The notes beneath the pieces were generated by a model that made no database searches, had not been told where the DNA came from, and worked only from the letters and a program-made list of their open reading frames with translations. DNA of 64,000 nucleotides from an uncultured delta proteobacterium (GTDB lineage: Bacteria; Myxococcota; UBA727; VGSZ01), in contig CAVZJB010000017.1 in NCBI GenBank assembly GCA_963775425.1, positions 416,001 to 480,000 of the forward strand, written 5' to 3'. Position numbers and translations under genes: made by a program. Of the stretch, positions 1 through 9,225 are shown piece after piece; the stretch's first letter is position 1; the number at the start of each line of letters is the position of its first letter.

Positions 1-27
1 TCATGGTGTTCCTCTCCTGCCGTGACG

Positions 28-1560
28 TTAGCGCTTTCGGGGAGAGCGGTCGACGATCTCGGTCTTGGCGTCCTCCGGTGTCCTCAACCCTACATGTGGC
101 AGCACCCGCGCCTCCTTGAGCTCGTCGAGCCACGACGACACCGACCCGATGCCCACGTTCAGCTCGACGCAGACCTTGGCGAGCTCGTCGTGGAGCTCCG
201 AGATCTCGGCCGTGCGCGCGAGGGGGTCGCGGGCGAGGCCGCCGGCGAGCGCGGCGGCGAGGCGCTCCGGGACGTCTTTGCGCACCTCGCGGAGATCGAG
301 GATGGGATCGTTGAGCAGCGCGTGCATGGTGTCGACGTCGTTTTGGCGGCGGAACAGCGGGATGCCGATGAAGCACTCGTAGATGGTCACCGCCGCCGAG
401 AAGATGTCGGTGCGGTGGTCCACGGGGAGCTCGCCCTCCTGCAACTGCTCGGGCGCCATGTAGGCGAGCTTGCCCTTGAGCTCCCCGGTCTTGGTGCGGC
501 GGATGGAGTCGGCGGCCCGCGAGACGCCGAAGTCGGAGAGCTTGGCGATGCCCTCGCGCGACACGAGCACGTTTTGCGGCGACACGTCGCGGTGGATGAT
601 GCGCAGGGGCCGGCCCTGCTCGTCGACGGACTCGTGGGCCGCCTTGAGCCCGGCGCACAGGTCGACGGCGATCTTGCACGCCACGGGCACCGGCATCTCG
701 AGGCCCGCGCGTCGCGCGCCTCGCTGGATGACGGCGAGGTTCCAGCCGGCCACGTACTCCATGGCGATGAAGTAGCGCTGCCCGTCCCAGCCGAGGTCGA
801 AGATCTGCACCACGTTCGGGTGGTTGATGCGGGCGGCGAGCCGCGCCTCCTGCAGGAACATGTCGACGAAGGTCTTGTCGTGCGCCATCTCCGGCAGCAG
901 CCGCTTGAGCGCCACCTCCTTGGTGAAGTTGCCGGGGCCGATGCGCCGCGCCAGGGCGACGTCGGCCATGCCGCCCTTGCCGATCTGCCCCAGGATCTCG
1001 ATGCGCGCCTGCTGCGTGCCCGTGAGCGTGGGGCCCTCGGTGCCGCGAACGCGGTTGAGCCACGCGAGGAAGCCCTCCGGCGTGAAGTAGCGGAAGGGAT
1101 ACGGGCCGAGGTGCAGGCCGCCGCCGTCCTTGACGCGCACCGGCTGGCCGGGCTGAAGGCGGGTGGCGCCGAGGTAGGTCCCGTTCTTGGAGCCGGCGTC
1201 GTCGAGCTCGAGCTCGCCGTTTTCGCGGACCCGCAGTTGCGCGTGGATCTTGCTCAGCCGCTCGAGGTTGACGGTGACGTCGGCGGATCGGCTGCGGCCG
1301 ACGCTGACGCGCGGATCGCCCGCGACGGCGGTGCGCCCGTCGGCGGGGTGCTCGATGCGATAGACCGGCAGCAGGCTCACGTCGCTCGCGCGATCGACGT
1401 CGTGACCGGCCCAGGGCGTGACATCCACGACGGACTTGTCGTTTTGCACGAGCTGCACGAGCACGGGCGCCAGGGAGCGCTTGAGCTCGTCCTCGTCCTG
1501 TTCCAATACGCGCAGGTAATCGGCGACGGTTTTCACGCGGGTCCCGCGCCACGCTACCAT
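28..1560 (-). CDS. FHA domain + Ser/Thr protein kinase fusion
   Basis: FHA motifs (VGRSRSAD, LSKIHA, GSKNGT), then Hanks kinase motifs GKGGMA, VALK, HRDVSPQN, DFG, YMAPE; start uncertain. Confidence 0.9.
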   Translation of the reverse strand: MVAWRGTRVKTVADYLRVLEQDEDELKRSLAPVLVQLVQNDKSVVDVTPWAGHDVDRASDVSLLPVYRIEHPADGRTAVAGDPRVSVGRSRSADVTVNLERLSKIHAQLRVRENGELELDDAGSKNGTYLGATRLQPGQPVRVKDGGGLHLGPYPFRYFTPEGFLAWLNRVRGTEGPTLTGTQQARIEILGQIGKGGMADVALARRIGPGNFTKEVALKRLLPEMAHDKTFVDMFLQEARLAARINHPNVVQIFDLGWDGQRYFIAMEYVAGWNLAVIQRGARRAGLEMPVPVACKIAVDLCAGLKAAHESVDEQGRPLRIIHRDVSPQNVLVSREGIAKLSDFGVSRAADSIRRTKTGELKGKLAYMAPEQLQEGELPVDHRTDIFSAAVTIYECFIGIPLFRRQNDVDTMHALLNDPILDLREVRKDVPERLAAALAGGLARDPLARTAEISELHDELAKVCVELNVGIGSVSSWLDELKEARVLPHVGLRTPEDAKTEIVDRSPRKR

Positions 1561-1589
1561 GGCGTCGTGGTGACCCGCAGACCACCCCC

Positions 1590-2630
1590 ATGACGATCCT
1601 CGTCTACGGCGCCACCGGGTACACCGGCACGCTCATCGCCGAGACGTGCGCCCGGCGCCGCGTTCCCGCGACGCTCGCCGGGCGGACCGAGGCCCCGCTG
1701 CGGGCCCTCGCGGAGCGGGTCGGGCTCCCCTTCGTCGTCGCCGGCCTCGACGACGCGAGCGCCCTCGACGGCGCGCTGGGCGCCTGCGACGCGGTGCTCC
1801 ATTGCGCCGGCCCGTTCTCGCGCACCGCCGCGCCGATGGTCGACGCGTGCCTGCGATGCGGCAAGCACTACCTCGACATCACGGGCGAGATCGGCGTGTT
1901 CGAGGCCCTCGCCCGCCGCAGCGACGAGGCGGCGGCGCGGGGCGTGATGCTCCTGCCCGGCGTCGGCTTCGACGTCGTGCCGTCCGACTGCCTCGCGGCG
2001 CACCTGAAGCGGCGCATGCCGTCGGCCGTGCGGCTGCGCCTGTGCATCGCGTCGCTCGGCGCGCTCTCGCACGGCACCGCGACCACCATGGTCGAGCACT
2101 TCGCCGCGGGCGGCGCCATCCGGAAAAACGGCGTCATCGTGAGCGAGCCCGCCGCCGCCCGCCGCAGGACGTTCGAGGTGCGCGGGAAGAACCGCGACGC
2201 CGTGTCCATGCCGTGGGGCGACGTCGCCACCGCGTGGCGCTCGACGGGAATCCCCGACATCGAGGTGTACTTCGCGCTGCCCGCGCGCGTGCGGCGCATG
2301 CTGCAGCTCGCGAACCTCGCGGGCGCGCTGCTGCGCTCCGCGCGCGTTCGCCGCCTCATGCAGTCGTTCATCCCCCCCGGCGGTCCGAGCGTCGAGCAGC
2401 GCGCGCGCGCACAGAGCGTCCTCGTCGGCGAGGTCGAGGACGAGGCGGGGGCCTTCGCCTCGTCGCGCTTCACCGGCCCCGACGGCTACAATCTCACCGT
2501 CGAGACCGCGCTCCTGTGCGTCACGCGCGCGGCACGCGGCGACGCGAAGCCCGGATACCAAACGCCGGCGACCGCGTACGGACCGGACTTCGTCCTCGAC
2601 GTCCCGGGCACCGCTCGCGTCGACACGTGA
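1590..2630 (+). CDS. Saccharopine dehydrogenase-like NAD(P)-binding oxidoreductase (trans-acting enoyl reductase family)
   Basis: YGATGYTG Rossmann motif, CAGPF, HYLDITGE, GFDVVPSD. Confidence 0.88.
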   Translation: MTILVYGATGYTGTLIAETCARRRVPATLAGRTEAPLRALAERVGLPFVVAGLDDASALDGALGACDAVLHCAGPFSRTAAPMVDACLRCGKHYLDITGEIGVFEALARRSDEAAARGVMLLPGVGFDVVPSDCLAAHLKRRMPSAVRLRLCIASLGALSHGTATTMVEHFAAGGAIRKNGVIVSEPAAARRRTFEVRGKNRDAVSMPWGDVATAWRSTGIPDIEVYFALPARVRRMLQLANLAGALLRSARVRRLMQSFIPPGGPSVEQRARAQSVLVGEVEDEAGAFASSRFTGPDGYNLTVETALLCVTRAARGDAKPGYQTPATAYGPDFVLDVPGTARVDT

Positions 2631-2643
2631 TAGCTTCCGCGCC

Positions 2644-3717
2644 GTGAAAGCGACCTGCAGGATCTCGCTCGCACCGGCGCTCGCCGCCCTCCTCCTCGCG
2701 TGCGCCGGCGGCTGCACCAAGGACAAGGCGGCCGCGCCGACCCGCCCGGCGGCGGCGGACGCACAGGCCGGCAAGCCCGCGGGGCCGCGCGTCGGCCTGG
2801 TGTTCGACATCGGCGGCCGCGGCGACAACTCCTTCAACGACTCCGCCGACCGCGGCCTGCAACGAGCCAAGAAGGAGCTCGGCGCCGACGTCGAGGTCAT
2901 CGAGCCCGGCGACGGCGCCGACCGCGAGAGCGCCCTGCGCCAGCTCGCGGCGAAGGGCAAGGACGTCGTCATCGGCGTCGGCTTCCTGTTCACCGACGAC
3001 GTCAACCGCGTGGCCAAGGACTTCCCCAAGCAGCGCTTCGCGTGCGTCGACTACTCCATCGACCCCAAGGATCCCGCGGCGGCGAGCAAGGTGCCGCCGA
3101 ACGTCGCGGCGCTCGAGTTCCGGGAGGAGGAGGGCAGCTACCTCGTCGGCGCGCTCGCGGCGCTCGTGTCCAAGACGCACACCGTCGGCTTCGTCGGCGG
3201 CATGGAGATCCCGCTCATCAAGAAGTTCGAGGCCGGGTTCAAGGCCGGCGTCGCCGCCGCCGACCCCAAGGCCAGGATCGTCGTGAAGTACGCCGGCGTC
3301 ACCGGCGACGCATTCAAGAACCCCGCGAAGGGCAAGGAGCTCGCGCTCGCCATCTACGCCCAGGGCGCCGACGTCATCTACCACGCGTCCGGCTCCACCG
3401 GACAAGGCGTGTTCGCGGCGGCGCAGGAGCAGGACAAGCTGGCCATCGGCGTCGACAGCGACCAGCAGGCGCTCGCGCCGGGCCACGTGCTCACGTCGAT
3501 GGTCAAGCACGTCGACGTCGCGGTCTTTCAGACCATCAAGGCCGTCAAGGAGGGCTCGTTCAAGGCGGGCGTGCACACGTTCGACCTCGCCGAAGACGGC
3601 GTCGGCTACGTGTACGACGACAAGAACAAGGCGCTCATCCCCGACGACGTGAAGGCCAAGCTCGACGCCATGCGCGGACAAATCGTGAGCGGGGCAGTGA
3701 AAGTCCCGTACGAGTGA
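2644..3717 (+). CDS. BMP-family ABC transporter substrate-binding lipoprotein (nucleoside-type)
   Basis: Signal peptide with Cys, GGRGDNSFN, FREEEGSYLVG, GADVIYHASG, AIGVDSDQ. Confidence 0.92.
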   Translation: MKATCRISLAPALAALLLACAGGCTKDKAAAPTRPAAADAQAGKPAGPRVGLVFDIGGRGDNSFNDSADRGLQRAKKELGADVEVIEPGDGADRESALRQLAAKGKDVVIGVGFLFTDDVNRVAKDFPKQRFACVDYSIDPKDPAAASKVPPNVAALEFREEEGSYLVGALAALVSKTHTVGFVGGMEIPLIKKFEAGFKAGVAAADPKARIVVKYAGVTGDAFKNPAKGKELALAIYAQGADVIYHASGSTGQGVFAAAQEQDKLAIGVDSDQQALAPGHVLTSMVKHVDVAVFQTIKAVKEGSFKAGVHTFDLAEDGVGYVYDDKNKALIPDDVKAKLDAMRGQIVSGAVKVPYE

Positions 3718-6554
3718 CGCCCGCCGTCAGCGCCGTCGACGTCACCGTCCGCTTCGGCGCGCTCACGGCCGTCGATCACGTCTCGCTCGACGCAAACGCC
3801 GGCGAGGTGCTCGCCGTCGTCGGTGAAAACGGCGCCGGCAAGTCCACGTTGATGAACGCGCTGTTCGGCCTGTTGCGGCCGACCGAAGGAGAGGTGCGCG
3901 TCGACGGCGCCCGCGTCGAATTCAAGAGCGCGCAGGACGCGATCCGCGCGGGCATCGGCATGGTCCACCAGCACTTCCGGCTGGTGCGGCCGCTGACCGT
4001 CGCGGAGAACGTCGTGCTCGGCGACGAGCCGCACGAGCGCGGGGCGCGGGCACCGCTCCTCGACGTCACCGCGGCGCGGGCGCGGGTGGCGCGGCTGGCG
4101 GCGGAGCTCGGCTTCGACCTCGATCCCGCGGCGCGCGTCGAGGACCTCTCGGTGGGTGCGCAGCAGCGCGTGGAGATCGTGAAGAGCCTGGCGCGCGGGG
4201 CGCGCGTGTTGATCCTCGACGAGCCCACGGCGGTGTTGACGCCGCAGGAGGCCGACGACCTGTTCCGCATCGTGCGCAAGCTGGCGGACGGCGGGACCGC
4301 CGTGGTCTTCATCTCGCACAAGCTCGACGAGGTGGTCGCCGCCGCCGACCGCATCGCGGTGCTGCGCGCGGGGGCGCTGGTGACCACCGTCGACAACACG
4401 TCGGTGACGCCGAGGTCGCTGGCGCGCCTGATGGTGGGCCGGGACGTCGTCGACGAGCTGCCGCGGGCGCCGGCGTCGCCGGGGGCGCCGCTGTTGTCGC
4501 TCGAGGGCGTGAGCGCCGCCGACGCGCGGGGGATCCAGGCGTTGAAGGACGTGACGCTCGCGGTGCGCGCGGGCGAGATCGTCGGCGTGGCGGGCGTCGA
4601 GGGCAACGGCCAGGCCGAGCTCGTCGAGGTGGCGACGGGGCTGTTGCGCCCCGAGCGCGGCCGCGTGCTCCTCGGCGGCGACGACGTCACGAAGGAGGGG
4701 CCACGGCAGCGCTTTGCACGCGGCCTCGCGCACGTCCCCGGGGATCGCCTCAAGGACGCGGTGGCGCCGGCGCTGAGCGTCGAGGAGAACCTGGTGCTCG
4801 GGCGGCAGCGCGAACGGCGGTTCGCGATGACGCTGGCGGCGCGCGCGGTGGGCTTGTCGCGAGCGGCGATCCACGAGCACGCCGTCGCCTGCGAGGACGC
4901 GCTCGACGTCCGGCCGCGGGATCCGTCGCTGCCGCTCCACGCGCTCTCGGGCGGCAACCAGCAAAAGGCGGTGCTCGCGCGGGAGCTGTCGCGCGAGCCG
5001 AAGGTGCTCGTGGCGGCGCACCCCACGCGCGGCGTCGACGTCGGCGCCATCGAGGCCATCCACGCGCGCCTGCTCGCCGAGCGCGACGGCGGCGCGGCCG
5101 TGCTCATGGTGTCTTCGGACCTGGCGGAGGTGCTCGCGCTCTCCGACCGCGTCGTCGTGCTCTACAACGGCCGCCTCGTGCACGAGACAGCGGCGTCGAC
5201 GACGGACGCGCGCACGCTCGGCGCGTACATGCTCGGCGCGGCGCGAGCGGCGGACAAGGCGCACGGCGCGCCCCGCGACGACGGCGCGCGCGACGACGGC
5301 GCGCCCCGCGACGACCGCGCGCCCCTCGACGACCGCGCGCCCCGCGACGACCGCGTCGACGGCGCGCCCCCCGACGACGGCGCGCCCCGCGACGATTGCG
5401 CGGCCCCCGACGACGGCGCGCCCCGCGACGACGGCGCGCCCCGCGACGACGGCGCGCCCCGCCGCCACGGGGGCGAGGCGCCGCCCGGCTTCGGGGGGAT
5501 CGTTCGGAGCGCCGCGCGCGCGGCCGCGGTGCCGTTCGCGGCGTTCGCGGCGGCGCTGCTCGTCGGGGCGGTGCTCATCGCGGCCATCGGGCAAGACCCG
5601 TTGTCCGTGTACGCGGACCTCGCCGTCGGAACGCTCGGCTCCGCGTACGCCGTCGGCCAGACAATCGCGAAAGCGACGCCCCTCGTGTTCTGCGGTCTCT
5701 CGGTCGCGGTCGCGTTTCGCGCCGGACTCTTCAACGTCGGCGGCGAGGGACAGATGACCATCGGGGGCCTCGCCGCCGGCCTCGCCGGCCTCGCCGTCGC
5801 CGGCGCCCCCGCCTTCGTCGCCGTCCCCGTCGAGCTCGTCGCCGCGGCCGCCGGCGGCGCGCTCGTCGCCGCCGTCCCCGCGGCGCTGCGCGCGTACCGC
5901 GGGGTCCACGAGGTCATCTCGACCATCATGATGAACTTCATCGCCGCCGCCGCCGCCGGCTCCGTGATCACGCGCGTCGCCGTCACGGCCACCGTGCGCA
6001 CCGAGGAGCTCCCCGACGCCGGCCACCTGCCCCGCCTCGGCGCCGTCGCCGACGGCCTCGGACTGTCCTCGCTCGGCGACGCCCTGCGCCCCTCCACCGC
6101 CAGCAGCGCGTTCCTCATCGCGCTCGTGTGCGCCGCCGCGGTCGCGTGGTTTCTGTCTCGAACGGTCACCGGCTTCGAGGTGCGCGTCACCGGCGAAAAC
6201 CCGCGCGCCGCCGCCGTCGCCGGCATCTCCGTCCGCGCGACCACCATGAAGGCCATGCTCGGCGCCGGCGCGCTCGCGGGCCTCGGCGCCTCGAGCACGG
6301 TCCTCGGCGCCAAGTACTATTACGAGAGCGGCTTTGCCGCCGGCGCCGGCTTCACCGCCATCGCCGTCGCCCTCCTCGCCCGCAGCCACCCCGCCGGCGT
6401 CGTCGCCGCGGCCCTGTTGTTCGGCGCGCTCTCGCAAGGCGGGCTCGCCATCAACGCCCGCGTGAGCTCGGAGCTCGTCACCGTGCTCCAGGCGTGCATG
6501 ATCTTCTTCCTCATCGCCGGCCTGGCCTGGCGCTCCCGGCGGGGTGCGCGATGA
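3714..6554 (+). CDS. Fused ABC transporter ATPase (two NBD halves) + permease
   Basis: GTG start overlaps upstream TGA (GTGA); GENGAGKST, LILDEPT, LSGGNQQK, PTRGVD; after a repeat linker, permease motifs GLFNVGGEGQ and HEVISTIMMN in the same frame. Confidence 0.85.
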   Translation: MTPAVSAVDVTVRFGALTAVDHVSLDANAGEVLAVVGENGAGKSTLMNALFGLLRPTEGEVRVDGARVEFKSAQDAIRAGIGMVHQHFRLVRPLTVAENVVLGDEPHERGARAPLLDVTAARARVARLAAELGFDLDPAARVEDLSVGAQQRVEIVKSLARGARVLILDEPTAVLTPQEADDLFRIVRKLADGGTAVVFISHKLDEVVAAADRIAVLRAGALVTTVDNTSVTPRSLARLMVGRDVVDELPRAPASPGAPLLSLEGVSAADARGIQALKDVTLAVRAGEIVGVAGVEGNGQAELVEVATGLLRPERGRVLLGGDDVTKEGPRQRFARGLAHVPGDRLKDAVAPALSVEENLVLGRQRERRFAMTLAARAVGLSRAAIHEHAVACEDALDVRPRDPSLPLHALSGGNQQKAVLARELSREPKVLVAAHPTRGVDVGAIEAIHARLLAERDGGAAVLMVSSDLAEVLALSDRVVVLYNGRLVHETAASTTDARTLGAYMLGAARAADKAHGAPRDDGARDDGAPRDDRAPLDDRAPRDDRVDGAPPDDGAPRDDCAAPDDGAPRDDGAPRDDGAPRRHGGEAPPGFGGIVRSAARAAAVPFAAFAAALLVGAVLIAAIGQDPLSVYADLAVGTLGSAYAVGQTIAKATPLVFCGLSVAVAFRAGLFNVGGEGQMTIGGLAAGLAGLAVAGAPAFVAVPVELVAAAAGGALVAAVPAALRAYRGVHEVISTIMMNFIAAAAAGSVITRVAVTATVRTEELPDAGHLPRLGAVADGLGLSSLGDALRPSTASSAFLIALVCAAAVAWFLSRTVTGFEVRVTGENPRAAAVAGISVRATTMKAMLGAGALAGLGASSTVLGAKYYYESGFAAGAGFTAIAVALLARSHPAGVVAAALLFGALSQGGLAINARVSSELVTVLQACMIFFLIAGLAWRSRRGAR
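5265..5468 (+). repeat. In-frame 18-bp tandem repeat (GGCGCGCCCCGCGACGAC, GAPRDD), 10 full units plus 15-bp and 9-bp partial units
   Basis: Read directly from the sequence; every unit length is a multiple of 3. Confidence 0.9.
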
Positions 6555-7498
6555 CCGTCGCCGCCGTCGCCCTCCTCGTCGCGGCCACGCTGCGCATCGC
6601 CATCCCGCTGGCGCTCGCGGCCGCCGGCGGCGTCGTCTGCGAGCGCTCCGGCATCGTCAACCTCGCGCTCGAGGGCATGCTGCTCCTCGGCGCCTTCGGC
6701 TACGCGCTCGGCGCCCACGCCGCCGGCGCCGCCTTCGACGTCAGCGGGCAAGACGTGTCCTTCGGCGTCCACCTCGCCTGCGCCGCCTGCGGCCTCGGCG
6801 TCGCCGTCCTCTGCGCGTGCGCGCTCGCGCTCGTCCACGCCGTCGCCACCGTGGTCTTCCACGCCGACCAGGTGGTGTCCGGCGTCGCCGCCAACCTCCT
6901 CGCCGCCGGGCTGTCGAAGCTCTTGCTCAAGGCGGTGTTCGGCTCGTCGTCGAACTCGTCGCAGGTGCTCGGCGTCCCCGGGCTCCCCGGGCTGTCGTCG
7001 ATCCCCACCCTCGGCAGCGCCGTCGGCGCGCCCTTGCTCTGGATCGGCGCCGCCCTCGTCGTCCTCGCCCACGTCGTCGTCTTCAAGACCGTCTGGGGCC
7101 TGCGCGTCCGCGCCACCGGCGAGCTCCCCGCGGCCACCGAGGGCGCCGGCGTCTCCGTCGCTCGCGTGCGCATCGCCGCCGTCGTCGCGTCGGGCGCCCT
7201 CGCCGGGCTCGGCGGCGCCTGGCTGTGCGCCGACCAGCACCAGTTCACCGAGGGCATGAGCGCCGGCCGCGGCTACATCGCCCTCGCCGCCGTCATCTTC
7301 GGCAAGTGGCGCCCCGGCCCCGCCGCGCTCGCCTGCCTGTTCTTCGCCTTCGCCGAGGCGCTGCAGATCCAGCTCCAGGGGACCTCGGTGCCGCTGCCCA
7401 CACAACTGCTCCAGGTGCTGCCGCACCTGCTCGCGCTCGCCGTCCTCGCCGGCGCCGTCGGCGCCTCCCGCCCGCCCGCCGCCCTCGGCCGCGAGTGA
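6551..7498 (+). CDS. ABC transporter permease (second, YufQ/RnsD-like)
   Basis: ATG overlaps upstream TGA; ERSGIVNLALEG, ADQVVSGVA, GRGYIALAAVIFGKW, PAALG. Confidence 0.9.
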   Translation: MTVAAVALLVAATLRIAIPLALAAAGGVVCERSGIVNLALEGMLLLGAFGYALGAHAAGAAFDVSGQDVSFGVHLACAACGLGVAVLCACALALVHAVATVVFHADQVVSGVAANLLAAGLSKLLLKAVFGSSSNSSQVLGVPGLPGLSSIPTLGSAVGAPLLWIGAALVVLAHVVVFKTVWGLRVRATGELPAATEGAGVSVARVRIAAVVASGALAGLGGAWLCADQHQFTEGMSAGRGYIALAAVIFGKWRPGPAALACLFFAFAEALQIQLQGTSVPLPTQLLQVLPHLLALAVLAGAVGASRPPAALGRE

Positions 7499-7596
7499 CA
7501 CGCGGCCGGGGACCGTCGCTCGTCGTCGGGGTGCGTAGCGGTTTACGCACCGGGTGGTCTTGACGACGACGGGGCGTCCCGCAACACAGAGCGGCG

Positions 7597-9225
7597 ATGA
7601 GCCATTCGTCCGTTCACTACGTCGACAGCGACAGCCCCGCTCGCGTCATGTTCTCCGGAGAGCAACTGCTCATCGAGCACCTGCCACCGGGCACACGCGT
7701 CCTGTACCCCAAGCCCCCCATCGTCGGACTCAAGGACCCCGACGCCGCCATCCGCTACGCGCTCAACCACCCGCTCGGGATGGAGCCGCTGCACGCGCTC
7801 TTGTTCCCCGGCATGAAGGTCACCGTCGCCTTCGACGACATCTCGCTGCCGCTGCCGCCCATGAAGCGGCCGGACGTGCGCCAGCGCGTGCTCGAGATCG
7901 TGCTCGAGATCCTCGGCGACCACGGCGTCGACGACATCCACATCATCGCCGCCCTCGCCGTTCACCGGCGCATGACCCCGGACGAGATCAAGCACGCCGT
8001 CGGCGAGCGCATCTACAACCAGTACGCGCCAGACCGGCTGTACAACCACGACGCCGAAGACCCCGACGGCATGATCGACCTCGGCCGCACCGACAAGGAC
8101 GAGCTCGTCCAGATCAACAAGCGCGCGGCCGAGAGCGACCTCGTCATCTACGTGAACCTCAACCTCGTGCCCATGGACGGCGGGCACAAGTCCGTCGCCA
8201 CCGGCCTCACCGGCTACAAGGCGCTGCGCGCAAATCACAACCCCTACGTGATGCGCAAGTGCGACAGCTACATGGACCCCGACGAGAAGCGCTCGCCGCT
8301 GCACGAGTCCGTGAACCGGCAGGGGCGCTACGTCGAGAAGCACGTCAAGGTCTTCCACATCGAGACCGCCATCAACAACCGCATGTTCGAGGGACAGCTC
8401 GACTTCTTCATGAAGAAGGAAGAGTCGTTCACCGACTTCGACTGGCAGAAGGCGCGCGCGCTCAAGGCCACGCTCGACAGGCTCCCGCAGCAGGCGCGCC
8501 AGCAGCTCTTGTACGCGGCCCCGGCGGCGTACGAGCTCATCGGTGTGTGGGCCGGCGAGTGCGAGCAGGTCCACGCGCAGACGGTGGCCAAGTGCTTCGA
8601 GCAGTACCTCGTGCCGGTGAAGGGCCAGGCGGACATCGCCATCTTCGGCGTTCCCTACGTCTGCCCGTACAACGTGCACAGCTACCTGAACCCGCTGCTC
8701 GTGCAGGTGCAGGCCCAGGGCTACCTGCACAACCTCTACAAGGGCGCGCCGCTGCTGAAGAAGGGCGGCACCGTCATCATCACGCACCCCATGGAGGACA
8801 AGTTCGATCCGGTGCACCACGCGCCGTACATCGAATTCGTCCACCGGCTCCTGCCTGAGACGCGCGACGCCATGGTGTTGCACAAGAAGTACGAGCAGCG
8901 CTTCGCGGAAGACCCGACGTACATCGAGCTGTATCGCAAGAGCCACGCGTACCACGGCAGTCATCCGTTCTTCATGTGGTACTGGGGCGAGAACGGCCGC
9001 CAACACATCGGCCGCGTCATCGTCGCCGGCGCCAAGGACCCGTACATCTGCGAGCTGTTCGGCTACGAGCCCGCGGCCAACCTGCAGGAGGCCATCGCCA
9101 TGGCGCAGGACACGGCGCCGCGCTCGCCGCAGATCACCATGGTGCACGTGCCCCCCATCATGATGGTCGACGTGACGCCGACCGCAGAGCCGGCGCAGCT
9201 CGCCTCGGGCCCGGGGAAGGCGTGA
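7597..9225 (+). CDS. LarA (lactate racemase)-superfamily / DUF2088-like protein
   Basis: AFDDISLP, ALAVHRRMT, NHDAED, DGGHKS motifs; strongly coding codon usage. Confidence 0.75.
   Translation: MSHSSVHYVDSDSPARVMFSGEQLLIEHLPPGTRVLYPKPPIVGLKDPDAAIRYALNHPLGMEPLHALLFPGMKVTVAFDDISLPLPPMKRPDVRQRVLEIVLEILGDHGVDDIHIIAALAVHRRMTPDEIKHAVGERIYNQYAPDRLYNHDAEDPDGMIDLGRTDKDELVQINKRAAESDLVIYVNLNLVPMDGGHKSVATGLTGYKALRANHNPYVMRKCDSYMDPDEKRSPLHESVNRQGRYVEKHVKVFHIETAINNRMFEGQLDFFMKKEESFTDFDWQKARALKATLDRLPQQARQQLLYAAPAAYELIGVWAGECEQVHAQTVAKCFEQYLVPVKGQADIAIFGVPYVCPYNVHSYLNPLLVQVQAQGYLHNLYKGAPLLKKGGTVIITHPMEDKFDPVHHAPYIEFVHRLLPETRDAMVLHKKYEQRFAEDPTYIELYRKSHAYHGSHPFFMWYWGENGRQHIGRVIVAGAKDPYICELFGYEPAANLQEAIAMAQDTAPRSPQITMVHVPPIMMVDVTPTAEPAQLASGPGKA

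Noticed and set aside
2700-3713. N-terminal extension of the 1284-aa ABC ORF
   Set aside because: It overlaps the BMP gene out of frame; the real start is the GTG at 3714.
5265-5468. Repeat array as a possible CRISPR
   Set aside because: No unique spacers and no cas genes; it is an in-frame coding VNTR.
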